Positions 37,847-47,133 of a DNA stretch of 64,000 nt are shown here, piece by piece; position 1 is the stretch's first letter, and each line of letters begins with the position of its first letter. The notes under the pieces are model-generated. The model was not told the origin of the DNA, did no database searches, and saw nothing but the letters and a program-made list of their open reading frames with translations. Location: contig CASFNB010000007.1 of assembly GCA_949295915.1 (NCBI GenBank), forward strand, positions 47,416 through 111,415, written 5' to 3'. The position numbers and the translations under genes were made by a program. This DNA comes from an uncultured Pseudomonadota bacterium (lineage in GTDB: Bacteria > Pseudomonadota > Alphaproteobacteria > RF32 > CAG-239).

Positions 37847-38215
37847 TTGCCGCACCAATCGGGGCTAGAAACCGCGATGCTATCAACGTGCAAGGCGGAA
37901 AGTTTGTAACTCGTTCAGATAAAAATGAGGTAGCTTAACCCCATCGGTTGATTGCCGAACAGACAGTGCCTCGTGTCCGCGATGCTCTTTTTGTTCTTGG
38001 CGGAGCTTTTGCGCCTTGCTCATTCGTCATTCTCATCCCGAACACACCCTTATCGTCACCTTGAATTTATTTCAGGGTCTCATGAGATGCTGAAACAAGT
38101 TCAGCATGACAGTGTGGGATGTTGGGTTGCCGCCGGCGAACACGGCGGTCAAGCTGAGTCAGCTTGACCGCACCGATTGATAGCTTCTCGGTCAGTGCCG
38201 AGAACGGTCTCATTT
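37817..38215. repeat. hairpin-rich composite repeat cluster, locus C
   Basis: GAACGCAGCGCGTTCGATCGC at 37817-37837 is identical to 13091-13111. Module 1 copies lie at about 37845-37915 (partial) and 37950-38040. Module 2 has its 24-mer at 38087-38110. The ORF-track entry 37952..38167 is a repeat translation. Confidence 0.7.
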
Positions 38216-38246
38216 TTTGGCGAGGCAAAAGCGCCTCGTAAGGAAT

Positions 38247-38507
38247 TTAATTGAAATAAATTAAGGAAAGTGATGTGATTAAAAACAACACAGCATATAT
38301 CAACGTATAAAAAGCCATTTTACCCATTTTTTGTTTGATTTTTGGGCGATACAAGAGCGGGAATAAAATATATACCAAAAGATAAACACTTCCCCAAAAA
38401 CCGACAAAAAGCTCATAATCTTGCGGGGTAAAAATAAATGCAGTTATGCCGCCCATCATCATGGGAACAACAAAAAAACCAATTATGAAAAATATTATCT
38501 TCTTCAT
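38247..38507 (-). CDS. small membrane protein (moron-like, at the left end of the phage cluster)
   Basis: The ATG at 38507 follows AAGAGGA. MKKIIFFIIGFFVVPMMMGG... has three hydrophobic spans. AT-rich and separated from the late operon by a terminator. Confidence 0.45.
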   Translation of the reverse strand: MKKIIFFIIGFFVVPMMMGGITAFIFTPQDYELFVGFWGSVYLLVYILFPLLYRPKIKQKMGKMAFYTLIYAVLFLITSLSLIYFN

Positions 38508-38541
38508 GATATCCTCTTTTGTTTCAAGATAATAAAAATTT

Positions 38542-38577
38542 AAAAAAAGGCAATATAAAAATATTGCCCTTTTTTTA
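38542..38577. terminator. bidirectional terminator at the end of the phage late operon
   Basis: A7-GGCAATAT-aaaa-ATATTGCC-c-T7. Confidence 0.6.
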
Positions 38578-38583
38578 TATTGT

Positions 38584-38832
38584 TTATATATTCTTGTTTT
38601 TATGATAACTTTTTCTCGCTTTATTTCCAATGTCTTTACATTTACTTACGCTATTTCTTGAATTTTTTAAACATTTTATTGTTTCTTTTTCGCCAACATT
38701 AAGAGTTTTAATTCCAAAGGCTTCATTTTTTATTTTTTTGTAAGTTTCACTAGCTTTTTCCATTACTTTATTTATACTTTTATTTTTGACCTTCTTTAAT
38801 GCTATTTTTCCTACTTCTATTATTTTATTCAT
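38584..38832 (-). CDS. hypothetical Lys-rich phage-cluster protein
   Basis: An 82-aa ORF, AT-rich, co-directional with the cluster. Confidence 0.3.
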   Translation of the reverse strand: MNKIIEVGKIALKKVKNKSINKVMEKASETYKKIKNEAFGIKTLNVGEKETIKCLKNSRNSVSKCKDIGNKARKSYHKNKNI

Positions 38833-38843
38833 TGTTTTTTCCT

Positions 38844-39041
38844 TTATAATTGTTTGGGATATTTAAACTTAATCGCTTGCCATTTTTCAATCACATCAAT
38901 CAGCTCATAAGGCAAATCGCCTCCTTCTTGCAAAACCATGTCAAAGGCTTTTAAAATAGCATCAAGCTGCTCTCCAATCGGCAAACTTTTCTCATAGGCT
39001 TTTTGTCTTTTTTCTTTATATGTCATTTTTTTTCTTGGCAT
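38844..39041 (-). CDS. hypothetical small phage protein
   Basis: A 65-aa ORF tightly packed after the 122-aa ORF. Confidence 0.35.
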   Translation of the reverse strand: MPRKKMTYKEKRQKAYEKSLPIGEQLDAILKAFDMVLQEGGDLPYELIDVIEKWQAIKFKYPKQL

Positions 39042-39050
39042 TTTTCTCTC

Positions 39051-39419
39051 CTATTTGATGATTTTTCCGGTTGTATCTACAATTGAATCTAGCAAACCAC
39101 TGGTCAGAGAGTTTTCTTTCTCACGATATTTTTGTTTGTAATTATACTCAAAATTATCATTATTATATGCCAGCTCATCATAACCTTCTTTGGCCTCTCG
39201 TTGTTGAGCTGCCGCCGCCGATTTGCTTGAACTCAAACCCATGGCGCTCAGACCGGCTCTTCTGCTTGCCAGCTGCTCATTTAACAAATTTTTGCGTTTG
39301 GTTTGATTGTATTGATATTCTTTTTGCATTTGTTTTAATTGTTTATTTTGATTGTTTGCCTCGTTTAACAAGTTGACTGCGGTCATGCCAACACCAACGG
39401 CAGTTTCAATTCCTCCCAT
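39051..39419 (-). CDS. hypothetical phage protein (possible small internal virion protein)
   Basis: 122 aa with a Gly/Ala hydrophobic N-terminus, then a Q/K/N-rich coiled coil. Its position after the tail-tube genes matches T7 gp13/gp14-like slots. Confidence 0.35.
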   Translation of the reverse strand: MGGIETAVGVGMTAVNLLNEANNQNKQLKQMQKEYQYNQTKRKNLLNEQLASRRAGLSAMGLSSSKSAAAAQQREAKEGYDELAYNNDNFEYNYKQKYREKENSLTSGLLDSIVDTTGKIIK

Positions 39420-39434
39420 TATTTTCTCCTTTCT

Positions 39435-41333
39435 TTAATCTTTGGTTTTTATTTCATTGGCTACCGATAAAAGCATAAATGCGTTCGGCACACTGCTTCT
39501 GATACTCCACATCGGCTTTTGGACATCTCTTATCCAGCCGATTGAGCGCAATTCAACATCTCCGCTAAACTCATCCGGCGGAGAATCTAAAATTTGGTCC
39601 TTGTGCATTTTCTTTAACGGAACATCAAAATAGCCATTGCCAAAATTAAGCCTTAACGATTTTGATTCGATTATCCGAAAAATTCCGTGAATCAAACGAT
39701 ACGCTTTAGGAGGATATGGGCGAGAAGAATCTACCATAAAAGGCAACGGTTCTATGATGTGTTCATATGGCAGACCGACTATGATTTTGCTTGTCTCGTT
39801 TTGAAGCATTATTTTGCCATTTTCAACTAACATATCTTCTATCGGAAAATCATCTGCAACTATAGAAACTTTTTTCCCTTCCCATTGCTCTAAACCGTCC
39901 CATTCTTTTTTTGGTATTTCAGAGGTAAAAATTTTGCCGCAATCGACATACATATCATCAGAAAACGTTTCTAAAAAATATGTATCTCCTCTTTGGATGA
40001 GAAAATATATTTCATTGCCGATTACGGAACAGGATATAAATTTACCATTCGTCACATATTTACTCCAAGCATTAACTTCTTCTGTGCGATAAGATGTTAA
40101 GCATGAAATGCTACCGTCTTCCAATATCAGATATAAAATACTGTCATCTTGGAAATAAACACAATCTACCGGTTTGTTGATAATTTCATCCGACAACAAG
40201 GTCAAATCTTTGGCTTGATAGGCTTGCTCTACATCTGCGTACAAAAACTCTCGCAGTTGTTTGCCGTTTTGAGATATAAACAAAGTTGCTCCATCTACAT
40301 TTTGCGGCGGTAAAGAACATTTTGCATAGGTTCCTATATTGGTTTGACGATTGAGTTTAATACTTGTGGGGGTTAACGGTTCGCCTGAAACCATCCATTC
40401 TGCTCCGGTAGTAAAAACCAATAAGTGCCTCGTTGATACCACATTGGTAACAGCGTTAACCTGATCTGATAAAATGGCAAAATCTATTGACTCATCATCT
40501 AACCCCGTACCAATGTCAAAATTAAATAAGTCGGATGACTTTGATAACCATAGATGATTGGGTAACGATTTGGAACCGCCTATGACCATTCTGTCTTGGT
40601 GAAAAGTTACCGAATTCGGATAGCCTCTGACTGCAGAAAATGCTTGTTCTTCCCATTCCGTACTATTATTTGTATTTTCAAGTTCTTTGACTACATTTGC
40701 ACTGGCTTCGCTGGAATTTGTTACCGATGTTACAACAACTTCTCCGCCATTTATTCTTATTCTGACTCCTCGGTGTTCTGCCTTAAACATCGGAGAACTG
40801 ACATTGAGAGTGATGGCTCCTACTCTGTCACTTGGTTTCATTGTCAATGTGTTTTGATAAAAATTATAATATGGGCAAAAAACCTGTCCGTCTTTTTGAT
40901 AGAATGACCATGCTGCAATTTTCCAGACCTCGTTTTGATTACGGCTGATTTCTTGCGGCGGTACATCAGGATGAACAATCAGCAACGTATCAGCACTTTG
41001 TGTCCAATTGATTTTTTTGAGCTGTTCTTGCGTCCATGGCGTTTCTAATGTTGAAATCAACTCTTTATTTTTATAAATTTTGACTTTTTTATCAACAAAA
41101 CACAATAAATAGGTTTGTTCCGTGTTGAACTCAAAAGAAATTAATCTACCCGCTTCTCCTACCTCATCCACACAAACCAAACCTTTTCTTCTGGAAATGC
41201 CTCCGGTCGGATGAATTTGCACATTCTGCAGTTTGCTTGCACCATTTTCAAAAATGCGCAAATCGCCGCGACCATAAAGTTTGTCAGACAACTGACCTGA
41301 GGTAAAATTGGTTTTGACGTATATTTGATTCAT
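39435..41333 (-). CDS. tail tubular protein B / nozzle-like (phage stabilisation protein family)
   Basis: 632 aa. The N-terminus MNQIYVKTNFTSGQLSDKLYGRGDLRIFENGASKLQNVQIHPTGGISRRKG fits the pattern I associate with BPP-1-type stabilisation/nozzle proteins. It sits directly after the adaptor-like gene. Confidence 0.5.
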   Translation of the reverse strand: MNQIYVKTNFTSGQLSDKLYGRGDLRIFENGASKLQNVQIHPTGGISRRKGLVCVDEVGEAGRLISFEFNTEQTYLLCFVDKKVKIYKNKELISTLETPWTQEQLKKINWTQSADTLLIVHPDVPPQEISRNQNEVWKIAAWSFYQKDGQVFCPYYNFYQNTLTMKPSDRVGAITLNVSSPMFKAEHRGVRIRINGGEVVVTSVTNSSEASANVVKELENTNNSTEWEEQAFSAVRGYPNSVTFHQDRMVIGGSKSLPNHLWLSKSSDLFNFDIGTGLDDESIDFAILSDQVNAVTNVVSTRHLLVFTTGAEWMVSGEPLTPTSIKLNRQTNIGTYAKCSLPPQNVDGATLFISQNGKQLREFLYADVEQAYQAKDLTLLSDEIINKPVDCVYFQDDSILYLILEDGSISCLTSYRTEEVNAWSKYVTNGKFISCSVIGNEIYFLIQRGDTYFLETFSDDMYVDCGKIFTSEIPKKEWDGLEQWEGKKVSIVADDFPIEDMLVENGKIMLQNETSKIIVGLPYEHIIEPLPFMVDSSRPYPPKAYRLIHGIFRIIESKSLRLNFGNGYFDVPLKKMHKDQILDSPPDEFSGDVELRSIGWIRDVQKPMWSIRSSVPNAFMLLSVANEIKTKD

Positions 41334-41899
41334 CCTCTTACCTCCACAAGCGTAAAGTCTTCAAAACAAGAAGGTGTTGATTGTTGGGCATCCACTGAAC
41401 GCGCACGATTAACGCTGTCTTCGGCGATTTTGCTTAAAAATTCCGCTCTGGTTGTGCTCTCGGTTAACGGAATGCAAAATTCATATGCCAATTTGTTAAT
41501 TAAAGCCTCGCAGAAATATGCCGGAAAATTGCTTTCATCCGGTCGGCACAGATAAGTTAAATTTAGTTGCGGTAAATTTGTGTAAATGCAATCTTTGACA
41601 ATTTTATATTCCGTCCCCCGCCCCTTATTTCCATACCCTGCCGAAACAATCCGCAAAAAATCGGACGGAAGTAAATAAGCATAGCTAAAATCAGCTATCG
41701 GCGTATTTTCCAAACGCGCCAACTTGGTTTGAGTTAGAGCAAAGCTCCATGGATATGATGATAATAAGGCATCGCGAATATAGGGATATAAATTGCCGGC
41801 GACTTCGGCTTCTGCCGTTCCGTCTTCAAAACTTGTTATGCTTGAAGCACCTATTTTTAACAGAGCCTGTGAACAGATATTGATACTGGTGTTACTCAT
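41330..41899 (-). CDS. tail tubular protein A / head-tail adaptor-like
   Basis: Start at the ATG at 41899 (MSNTSINICSQALLKIGASSITSFEDGTAEAEVAGNLYPYIRDALLSSYPWSFA), about 189 aa, comparable in size to T7 gp11. Its stop overlaps the next start by 4 nt. Confidence 0.45.
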   Translation of the reverse strand: MSNTSINICSQALLKIGASSITSFEDGTAEAEVAGNLYPYIRDALLSSYPWSFALTQTKLARLENTPIADFSYAYLLPSDFLRIVSAGYGNKGRGTEYKIVKDCIYTNLPQLNLTYLCRPDESNFPAYFCEALINKLAYEFCIPLTESTTRAEFLSKIAEDSVNRARSVDAQQSTPSCFEDFTLVEVRG

Positions 41900-41917
41900 G
41901 TATTCTTTTCCCCTCTC

Positions 41918-41949
41918 AAAAAAAGGAGCCTGCATTTCTACAGGCTCCC
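41918..41949 (-). terminator. intrinsic terminator/attenuator after the capsid genes
   Basis: The minus strand reads GGAGCCTG-tagaaatg-CAGGCTCC followed by T7, immediately upstream of the RBS of the adaptor-like gene. Confidence 0.6.
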
Positions 41950-42020
41950 TATCATTTGCTTAAAGTGTATCTTTTTTATTTAAAAACCTACAATACTACG
42001 AAAGGTATAAATTATTCCCG

Positions 42021-42281
42021 TTATGCGGCGGCAGGTGTTGCCAAAGCAGCAACAGTCACTGTTCCGTCTTCAATTGAAGACACGGACAAAACTGCCGGTT
42101 CTAAAGTACTTGCCGTTCCGGCATTTGCTAAAATCATATCGCCTTTGCGAGCAAACGGAGCAATATCGTTGAAATAACCGCTTCCTTTAACGGTATTTAA
42201 ATCATCTTCAGATGAATAGTTCCACAAAGTAAAACCATTGGCATAAGCCATTACGCTGAAATTTTTTGAATTATAAGCCAT
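42021..42281 (-). CDS. small phage protein downstream of the capsid gene (possible decoration/accessory head protein)
   Basis: An 86-aa ORF between the major capsid gene and the terminator. Confidence 0.35.
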   Translation of the reverse strand: MAYNSKNFSVMAYANGFTLWNYSSEDDLNTVKGSGYFNDIAPFARKGDMILANAGTASTLEPAVLSVSSIEDGTVTVAALATPAAA

Positions 42282-42306
42282 ATTTTTAATTCCTTTCTTC
42301 TATCAA

Positions 42307-43131
42307 TTATTCTTCTTTGCATTTGATGCGGATAACGCCGGTACCGTCAATTAAGCATGCGCCTTGGCTCATCATGTTATTAACAAAGTGAGCGGCATGG
42401 TCGCCGTGCCATGTGATGTCTGATTTTACATCTTGACCGGAAGCATGTCCGACTGCGGTTTTGTGGAAAATGAAGCAATCGCGATTGGTGCCGTCAAGCG
42501 GTAAACCTGTGTGCATAATCCAGTTGATGCCCAACCATTTGCGGCTTTCCGTGCCTTTTAAGAACGGCAAATTGTCACCGGCATAGTCAGAGTTGGAAAA
42601 CTCATCAATGTTCAACAAAGCATTCCATTGCAAAGGACCAACAATGCCAAAGCGTTGTCCATCATCGGGCACATCGTTGCTGTTCAATTTAGCAAAAGCT
42701 TGCAATATAGTGTCTTTGCTCAAAACTTGAGAATAATCACCAACATCATTTTCCTCTGGTGCTTGGCTCAATGCACCGATAATCAATTCATCGGTTTTTC
42801 TGCCCAAAGCATAAGCACCGGCACTGGCAACCACACGGCGTTCATCAATGCTCATTTTGAGCTCATCCAAAGCATCTACCCAATCACCGGCATAGTAGTC
42901 GAGCAATTCGCATTCAACCGGCGTGTGGTCAATGCTCATGACCGGAACCAAACCATGACGAGCCTTGCCGGAGGCAATGCCTTTGCCAACCTTTTGAAAT
43001 ACGGTGGTGGCGCCGACAATATTGCCTTTGTAACGAACGGCATTTCTCAATTTTGAGCCCATTTGTTGGTATGCCAAATGAACATCTGCTTCAAAGTTTT
43101 TAATAAAGGACTTACTTACTTCTGTTGACAT
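42307..43131 (-). CDS. major capsid protein
   Basis: 274 aa, placed after the scaffold-like gene and before the terminator. The sequence (FEADVHLAYQQMGSKLRNAVRYK...) resembles podovirus capsid proteins from memory. Confidence 0.65.
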   Translation of the reverse strand: MSTEVSKSFIKNFEADVHLAYQQMGSKLRNAVRYKGNIVGATTVFQKVGKGIASGKARHGLVPVMSIDHTPVECELLDYYAGDWVDALDELKMSIDERRVVASAGAYALGRKTDELIIGALSQAPEENDVGDYSQVLSKDTILQAFAKLNSNDVPDDGQRFGIVGPLQWNALLNIDEFSNSDYAGDNLPFLKGTESRKWLGINWIMHTGLPLDGTNRDCFIFHKTAVGHASGQDVKSDITWHGDHAAHFVNNMMSQGACLIDGTGVIRIKCKEE

Positions 43132-43173
43132 ATTTTTATTTTCCTTTTCATGTTAAATGTTAATGTTTTAGGT

Positions 43174-43884
43174 TTATTTTTCAGGATAAAGCTTTTCAAA
43201 ACCACGAGTGATTTTGGCGATATAGGCGCTATCCTTATCACGCCAATAACGCGGGTCTTCCATCATTTTACGAAGTCCGGCTTCACTTATATTGCTCATC
43301 TCGCCGTCGTTTTTGTTCAACAACGGTTCCGATGAACTCATCATTTTGTAAAGGGCAATTACACCTTCTGATGTGGAGCCCAGCGCTTCATAAACTTCCG
43401 GATTGACATTTTGTTTGGCCCAGTTGGAAAGTGAACGTGAAACCTCATTAAACTTATCTCTGCCGCCAAAGTAGCGAGATAGTTTTTCAAGTTGTTTTTC
43501 GGCTTCAAAATTGACGGCCATTTCATCTAATACCGGCAAAACTCTCTCGCCTGCCAAGTCATAAACAAACTGAGCTTGATCGTTGGTGAAGCCTTTTTCA
43601 TAAAAACGTTTCATCAAATCTTCATCCACTTCCAAAACCGGTGACGGACTTTTGATTTGATATTGCGTATAATTTTGCGGCATGTTGCGCAAATTGGTTT
43701 CAATCAGATTATCATCTCTTCTTGCCAAATCGTTATAAGAGGCAATCAACTCTTCCAATCTGACCTCTCCGTTTTGCTCGTCCCAAAATTGTTCGGGTAA
43801 GCCTTGCGGTTTGTTAGAATATCCGCCATTTTGAGAAATAGCGGATGTTTCCAAAAGATTTTCTGTTTTTGCTTTTGGTTGCAT
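43174..43884 (-). CDS. scaffolding-like protein
   Basis: The ATG at 43884 follows AAAGGA. About 236 aa, acidic/helical, located between the portal and capsid genes. Confidence 0.45.
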   Translation of the reverse strand: MQPKAKTENLLETSAISQNGGYSNKPQGLPEQFWDEQNGEVRLEELIASYNDLARRDDNLIETNLRNMPQNYTQYQIKSPSPVLEVDEDLMKRFYEKGFTNDQAQFVYDLAGERVLPVLDEMAVNFEAEKQLEKLSRYFGGRDKFNEVSRSLSNWAKQNVNPEVYEALGSTSEGVIALYKMMSSSEPLLNKNDGEMSNISEAGLRKMMEDPRYWRDKDSAYIAKITRGFEKLYPEK

Positions 43885-43907
43885 GTATTTTCCTTTCATG
43901 TAAAAAA

Positions 43908-44135
43908 TTAATTGATGTTACTTAACTGCTCAATTTGACGGACTAATCTTCTTTGTCCTTCCAAATCGCGCAGGTAACGGTCTTCTGCATCCGCACCTAA
44001 ACATCTCTCTATGGTTTGGCGGCGCAAATATGAGAGGACAATTTTGCCCTCTTTACTTATGAAGCACCGGACAAAAGCTTTTTTGATTTCTTCATCGCTC
44101 ATTTGTCGGGTGTCATATTCCTCATGCGGCGGCAT
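43908..44135 (-). CDS. small phage protein (Bbp19-like by recollection)
   Basis: 75 aa. The FVRCFISKEGKIVLSYLRRQT pattern is as in short proteins following the portal in BPP-1-like phages. Overlaps the portal stop. Confidence 0.35.
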   Translation of the reverse strand: MPPHEEYDTRQMSDEEIKKAFVRCFISKEGKIVLSYLRRQTIERCLGADAEDRYLRDLEGQRRLVRQIEQLSNIN

Positions 44136-45663
44136 TTTCTTCGCCTCCGCCGATTAAACCTTGCAACAGATTTTCATCGATGATTTTTTCGTTTATCAGT
44201 TTGTCGGGCACGTTCAAAATTTTGCCTAAAGTTTTGGCTGCTTCAAAAGCATTGACTGCGCCCATACCCAGTGCACCCAAAGATGATACCAATGTCACCC
44301 ATTGACTGATATTGTTGACGTCTTCTCTGGCTTTGAGCATGGCTAACGGCGATTTATACTGCAAATCGACAATCTTACCGTCTAAGTCAAAATTCATAAT
44401 ATCGCCGCGACGACGCAAAATCAGAAATGCGCGCTTGAGCAAGGGTGTCAGCAACTCGGACTGCAAGCGTCCGAAACTTGCTCCCAAAATGCGTGCTATC
44501 TCTGCCGTTCTTTCCAAAACTTCGGTTGCTGTCATGTTCGGCGCATTGACTTGCGATAATCTATCTGCCAGCAAGGCATGATTGATATTCTTTTGCAGAT
44601 TTTCCAAAATCAGCTGCGAAACATCAAATTTTCCGGGGGCTTCCAATGGGGTTAAGCCTTTTGAACCGACCGCCTTTGGAATAATTGCACCGGGGACGAG
44701 TTTGATATTTGCCGGATTTAGAACCCCGTCATCATCAGCCTGCCAAATGCCGGTGACGGAAATGGAAGCGTTTTTCAATATCAACTCCACAACTTTATTA
44801 GCGGTTTTGATATCCGGTAAAGCCTTCATTACCGGAGAGCGACCATAAATCTCTCCGGGGGCTTTAAGCCAACGAAAATTGATGAACGGTGAAGAAGAAA
44901 ATACGCCTTCTTTCAAAACGACATTATCTTCAACTCCGCTGTTTTCATCCCAAACAAAAGCCGTGTATTCATACCCTGCCGCACCGAACTTGCCGTTTTG
45001 CGGAATAACCGCTTCAATCAAACTCAGGCGGAAATCCGGATTTTGAGCTTGGTCGAGCCAGCCGTCTTGCAACTCTGCCTCGGGAAAACGCAGGCGAATG
45101 TCATCTATACTGACTTGCGAACAGCGAAATGTGGTATCCAACTTTCCGTCGGCACTTTCTTCCAATGCAATTTCGCGCAAAGGCACGGCATAGAATCTGA
45201 ACGCCGAAGCCTCTCCTACCGGTGCTTCTTCAAACATCAAACAAGCCGTGCCGACCGTAATTAAATCCAGATAACATTGATGAATTTCCACCGCAAAATT
45301 AGAATGTTCAAAATGCTGCAACATAATATCCGAAGTTTTGCTCAAAGTTTCTGCCACTTGTGAAGCTTCTTCCGGCAACAACTCCGGTCCTGCCGTCAAA
45401 CCAAACCATTTTGACCATGGTGGGGTTAATTCCGCCAGCAAAGAAGATGCTAATTGATCAACCGCATCGGGCGCCGTGGCATCAAACAAATGCAGATTTT
45501 TCTTGGCGCCTTCCACATTTTGAAACATTGAATTACAGACATTTTCTCTTTGGGGAAAAGCATATTCATAACATTCCTGCCAATGGGGCTCCCACAGCTG
45601 TTTTCTTTCTACAGCCTTTTGATAACGTTTGATTAGCTTTTCAATTTTATTATCCATTTTCAC
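44122..45663 (-). CDS. portal (head-to-tail connector) protein, podovirus type
   Basis: 513 aa. The N-terminal IEKLIKRYQKAVERKQLWEPHWQECYEYAFPQR pattern is typical of the T7-like connector family. Size and position fit a portal. Confidence 0.7.
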   Translation of the reverse strand: MKMDNKIEKLIKRYQKAVERKQLWEPHWQECYEYAFPQRENVCNSMFQNVEGAKKNLHLFDATAPDAVDQLASSLLAELTPPWSKWFGLTAGPELLPEEASQVAETLSKTSDIMLQHFEHSNFAVEIHQCYLDLITVGTACLMFEEAPVGEASAFRFYAVPLREIALEESADGKLDTTFRCSQVSIDDIRLRFPEAELQDGWLDQAQNPDFRLSLIEAVIPQNGKFGAAGYEYTAFVWDENSGVEDNVVLKEGVFSSSPFINFRWLKAPGEIYGRSPVMKALPDIKTANKVVELILKNASISVTGIWQADDDGVLNPANIKLVPGAIIPKAVGSKGLTPLEAPGKFDVSQLILENLQKNINHALLADRLSQVNAPNMTATEVLERTAEIARILGASFGRLQSELLTPLLKRAFLILRRRGDIMNFDLDGKIVDLQYKSPLAMLKAREDVNNISQWVTLVSSLGALGMGAVNAFEAAKTLGKILNVPDKLINEKIIDENLLQGLIGGGEENAAA

Positions 45664-45854
45664 TCTCCCAATAGTTTTTTACGATTTAAATCGCGATTGG
45701 TAGGGTCAAATGTTCCGGTATAAGATGTGCGGATTGTGCTTTCCAAACCTCGGCGTTGACGTGCCAAAGCTTCTTGTCTTGCCTTTTCTGCATCTTGTGC
45801 CGAAGTGTCTTCTACCACTTTAATTTTGGGTTCACTACTAAATACGCCTCCCAT
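45660..45854 (-). CDS. small hypothetical phage protein, translationally coupled to the portal gene
   Basis: The ATG at 45854 follows AAAGGAG. Its stop overlaps the portal ATG by 4 nt. Confidence 0.35.
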   Translation of the reverse strand: MGGVFSSEPKIKVVEDTSAQDAEKARQEALARQRRGLESTIRTSYTGTFDPTNRDLNRKKLLGE

Positions 45855-45876
45855 GTTTTCTCCTTTCATGTTGATA

Positions 45877-45905
45877 TAAAAAAAGCCCGAATTTTTTATT
45901 CGAGC
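45877..45905 (-). terminator. intrinsic terminator after the lysis cassette
   Basis: The minus strand reads GCTCGAAT-aaaaa-ATTCGGGC (one G-T pair) followed by T8. Confidence 0.5.
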
Positions 45906-45926
45906 CGGTTCTTGTTTAAGTTAAAG

Positions 45927-46421
45927 TTATTGTTTTTTGTTTGGCTTTTCGGTTCCGCTTTTGACAACCTGAATGCCTAATACACCCAAAGCCACGCTCC
46001 AAAGTGAAGTGGTTTCAACCAAAGCATTGATTATGTTTTCGGCATTTTCATATTTGCTCAAAATGACATAGCAAATTGTGCCGATCATACCAAACCACGC
46101 CAAAGCAACCGAATAACCAAACGCCGGACGCCAAAAACGCACAAATTTGTCTTCGGCATTCAACTCTTGACGTATGGTCTGATGAATCTGCGATAACGTA
46201 TTGTTATCAAGCTCATTTTCCAGTTCTTTCATTTTTTCCAAATGTCGATTGGCTTCACTCACCGCGGCATTGGATATTTTTTGTTTTTCAATATCCGAGC
46301 TCACTTCACCCAAAGCCAAATTAGCTTTGAGAGCCGTATCTCCGCCGATTTTTTCTAATCCCGACCGCACCATTTTAATCAAAAACGGCAGTCCGAATTG
46401 GCTTAAAAGTTTTATCAGCAT
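45927..46421 (-). CDS. holin, 3-TM gene-transfer-release type
   Basis: 164 aa with an N-terminal amphipathic segment, a central coiled coil, and a C-terminal RPAFGYSVALAWFGMIGTICYVIL plus a further TM span. Resembles the GTA_holin_3TM family. Abuts the endolysin gene. Confidence 0.55.
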   Translation of the reverse strand: MLIKLLSQFGLPFLIKMVRSGLEKIGGDTALKANLALGEVSSDIEKQKISNAAVSEANRHLEKMKELENELDNNTLSQIHQTIRQELNAEDKFVRFWRPAFGYSVALAWFGMIGTICYVILSKYENAENIINALVETTSLWSVALGVLGIQVVKSGTEKPNKKQ

Positions 46422-46841
46422 TTATCTCTCCACGTCGTTGTAAAAGACATGATTGCCGATTTCGGCACAAGGAATTTTACCAATGGACCAGCGTGGACGC
46501 ACTTTTTTGGTGTGATAATGCGTCGCACCGTAAGTTCTGTCCGGCAATAATCCTGCCATCGCCCTTTTGGCTATTCGCTTGCAGGTAGCATAAATAGGAT
46601 TGCTCTCATCCACACGCAGCAAAAGCCGATAGTTGACATCGTCCAAATTCCAACAAGAAAATTGTTTGTCCTTTTGGCAGACGCTTGCGACGTCATTACC
46701 CCACCAATAGCTGCCTTTCTTCTCACTCAAAGCGACGCGGTTCATTATCACGTTGGCAACCGCTTCTTGTCCGGATAATGGTTCTCCCCTTGCCTCACCG
46801 AAAATGGTTTTGGCAAAGATGTCCGTTGTTAAATCTGTCAT
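46422..46841 (-). CDS. SleB/CwlJ-type cell wall hydrolase (endolysin)
   Basis: IFGEARGEPLSGQEAVANVIMNRV...FSCWN...ATHYH is the Hydrolase_2 family signature. Confidence 0.8.
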   Translation of the reverse strand: MTDLTTDIFAKTIFGEARGEPLSGQEAVANVIMNRVALSEKKGSYWWGNDVASVCQKDKQFSCWNLDDVNYRLLLRVDESNPIYATCKRIAKRAMAGLLPDRTYGATHYHTKKVRPRWSIGKIPCAEIGNHVFYNDVER

Positions 46842-47125
46842 GTATTTCTTCCCACCCCATCTAATTTTTTTTCAATTCTCAGCAAATGGTCAGTTAAGCG
46901 GTTTTCCACATCTTTCAAATAGTTGACCGAAACATAATTGCGGGCGACATGAAGTTTGAAATCAGCCAGCGCATCTTTCAAATTTGAAACATGAGCATCG
47001 TGTGCTTCTTTCAAATGTTCTATGCCCGTATCCGCTTCTTTTTTGTTACGGTTGACCAATCTAAATAACGCGGCAAAAACCGGCAGCTCAACCATTGCTA
47101 TCCAGTTTGTCAGTTCGTTAAACAT
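46838..47125 (-). CDS. membrane-anchored coiled-coil protein (lysis accessory or unknown)
   Basis: 95 aa with a hydrophobic N-terminus (WIAMVELPVFAALFRLV) and then a coiled coil. Its stop overlaps the endolysin start by 4 nt. Confidence 0.35.
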   Translation of the reverse strand: MFNELTNWIAMVELPVFAALFRLVNRNKKEADTGIEHLKEAHDAHVSNLKDALADFKLHVARNYVSVNYLKDVENRLTDHLLRIEKKLDGVGRNT

Positions 47126-47133
47126 TGTTTTTC

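Noticed and set aside
36599-37858. A 419-aa ORF on the minus strand, antisense to argS
   Set aside because: It lies entirely within and opposite a confidently identified arginyl-tRNA synthetase. The translation is F/N/I-rich with no motif, which is typical of antisense frames in AT-rich genes.
38200-38260. att sites, a tRNA target or an integrase at the borders of the phage cluster (also searched at 50595-50860)
   Set aside because: I could find no tRNA-like sequence, no convincing direct repeat shared by both borders, and no tyrosine or serine recombinase ORF. The boundaries therefore remain approximate.
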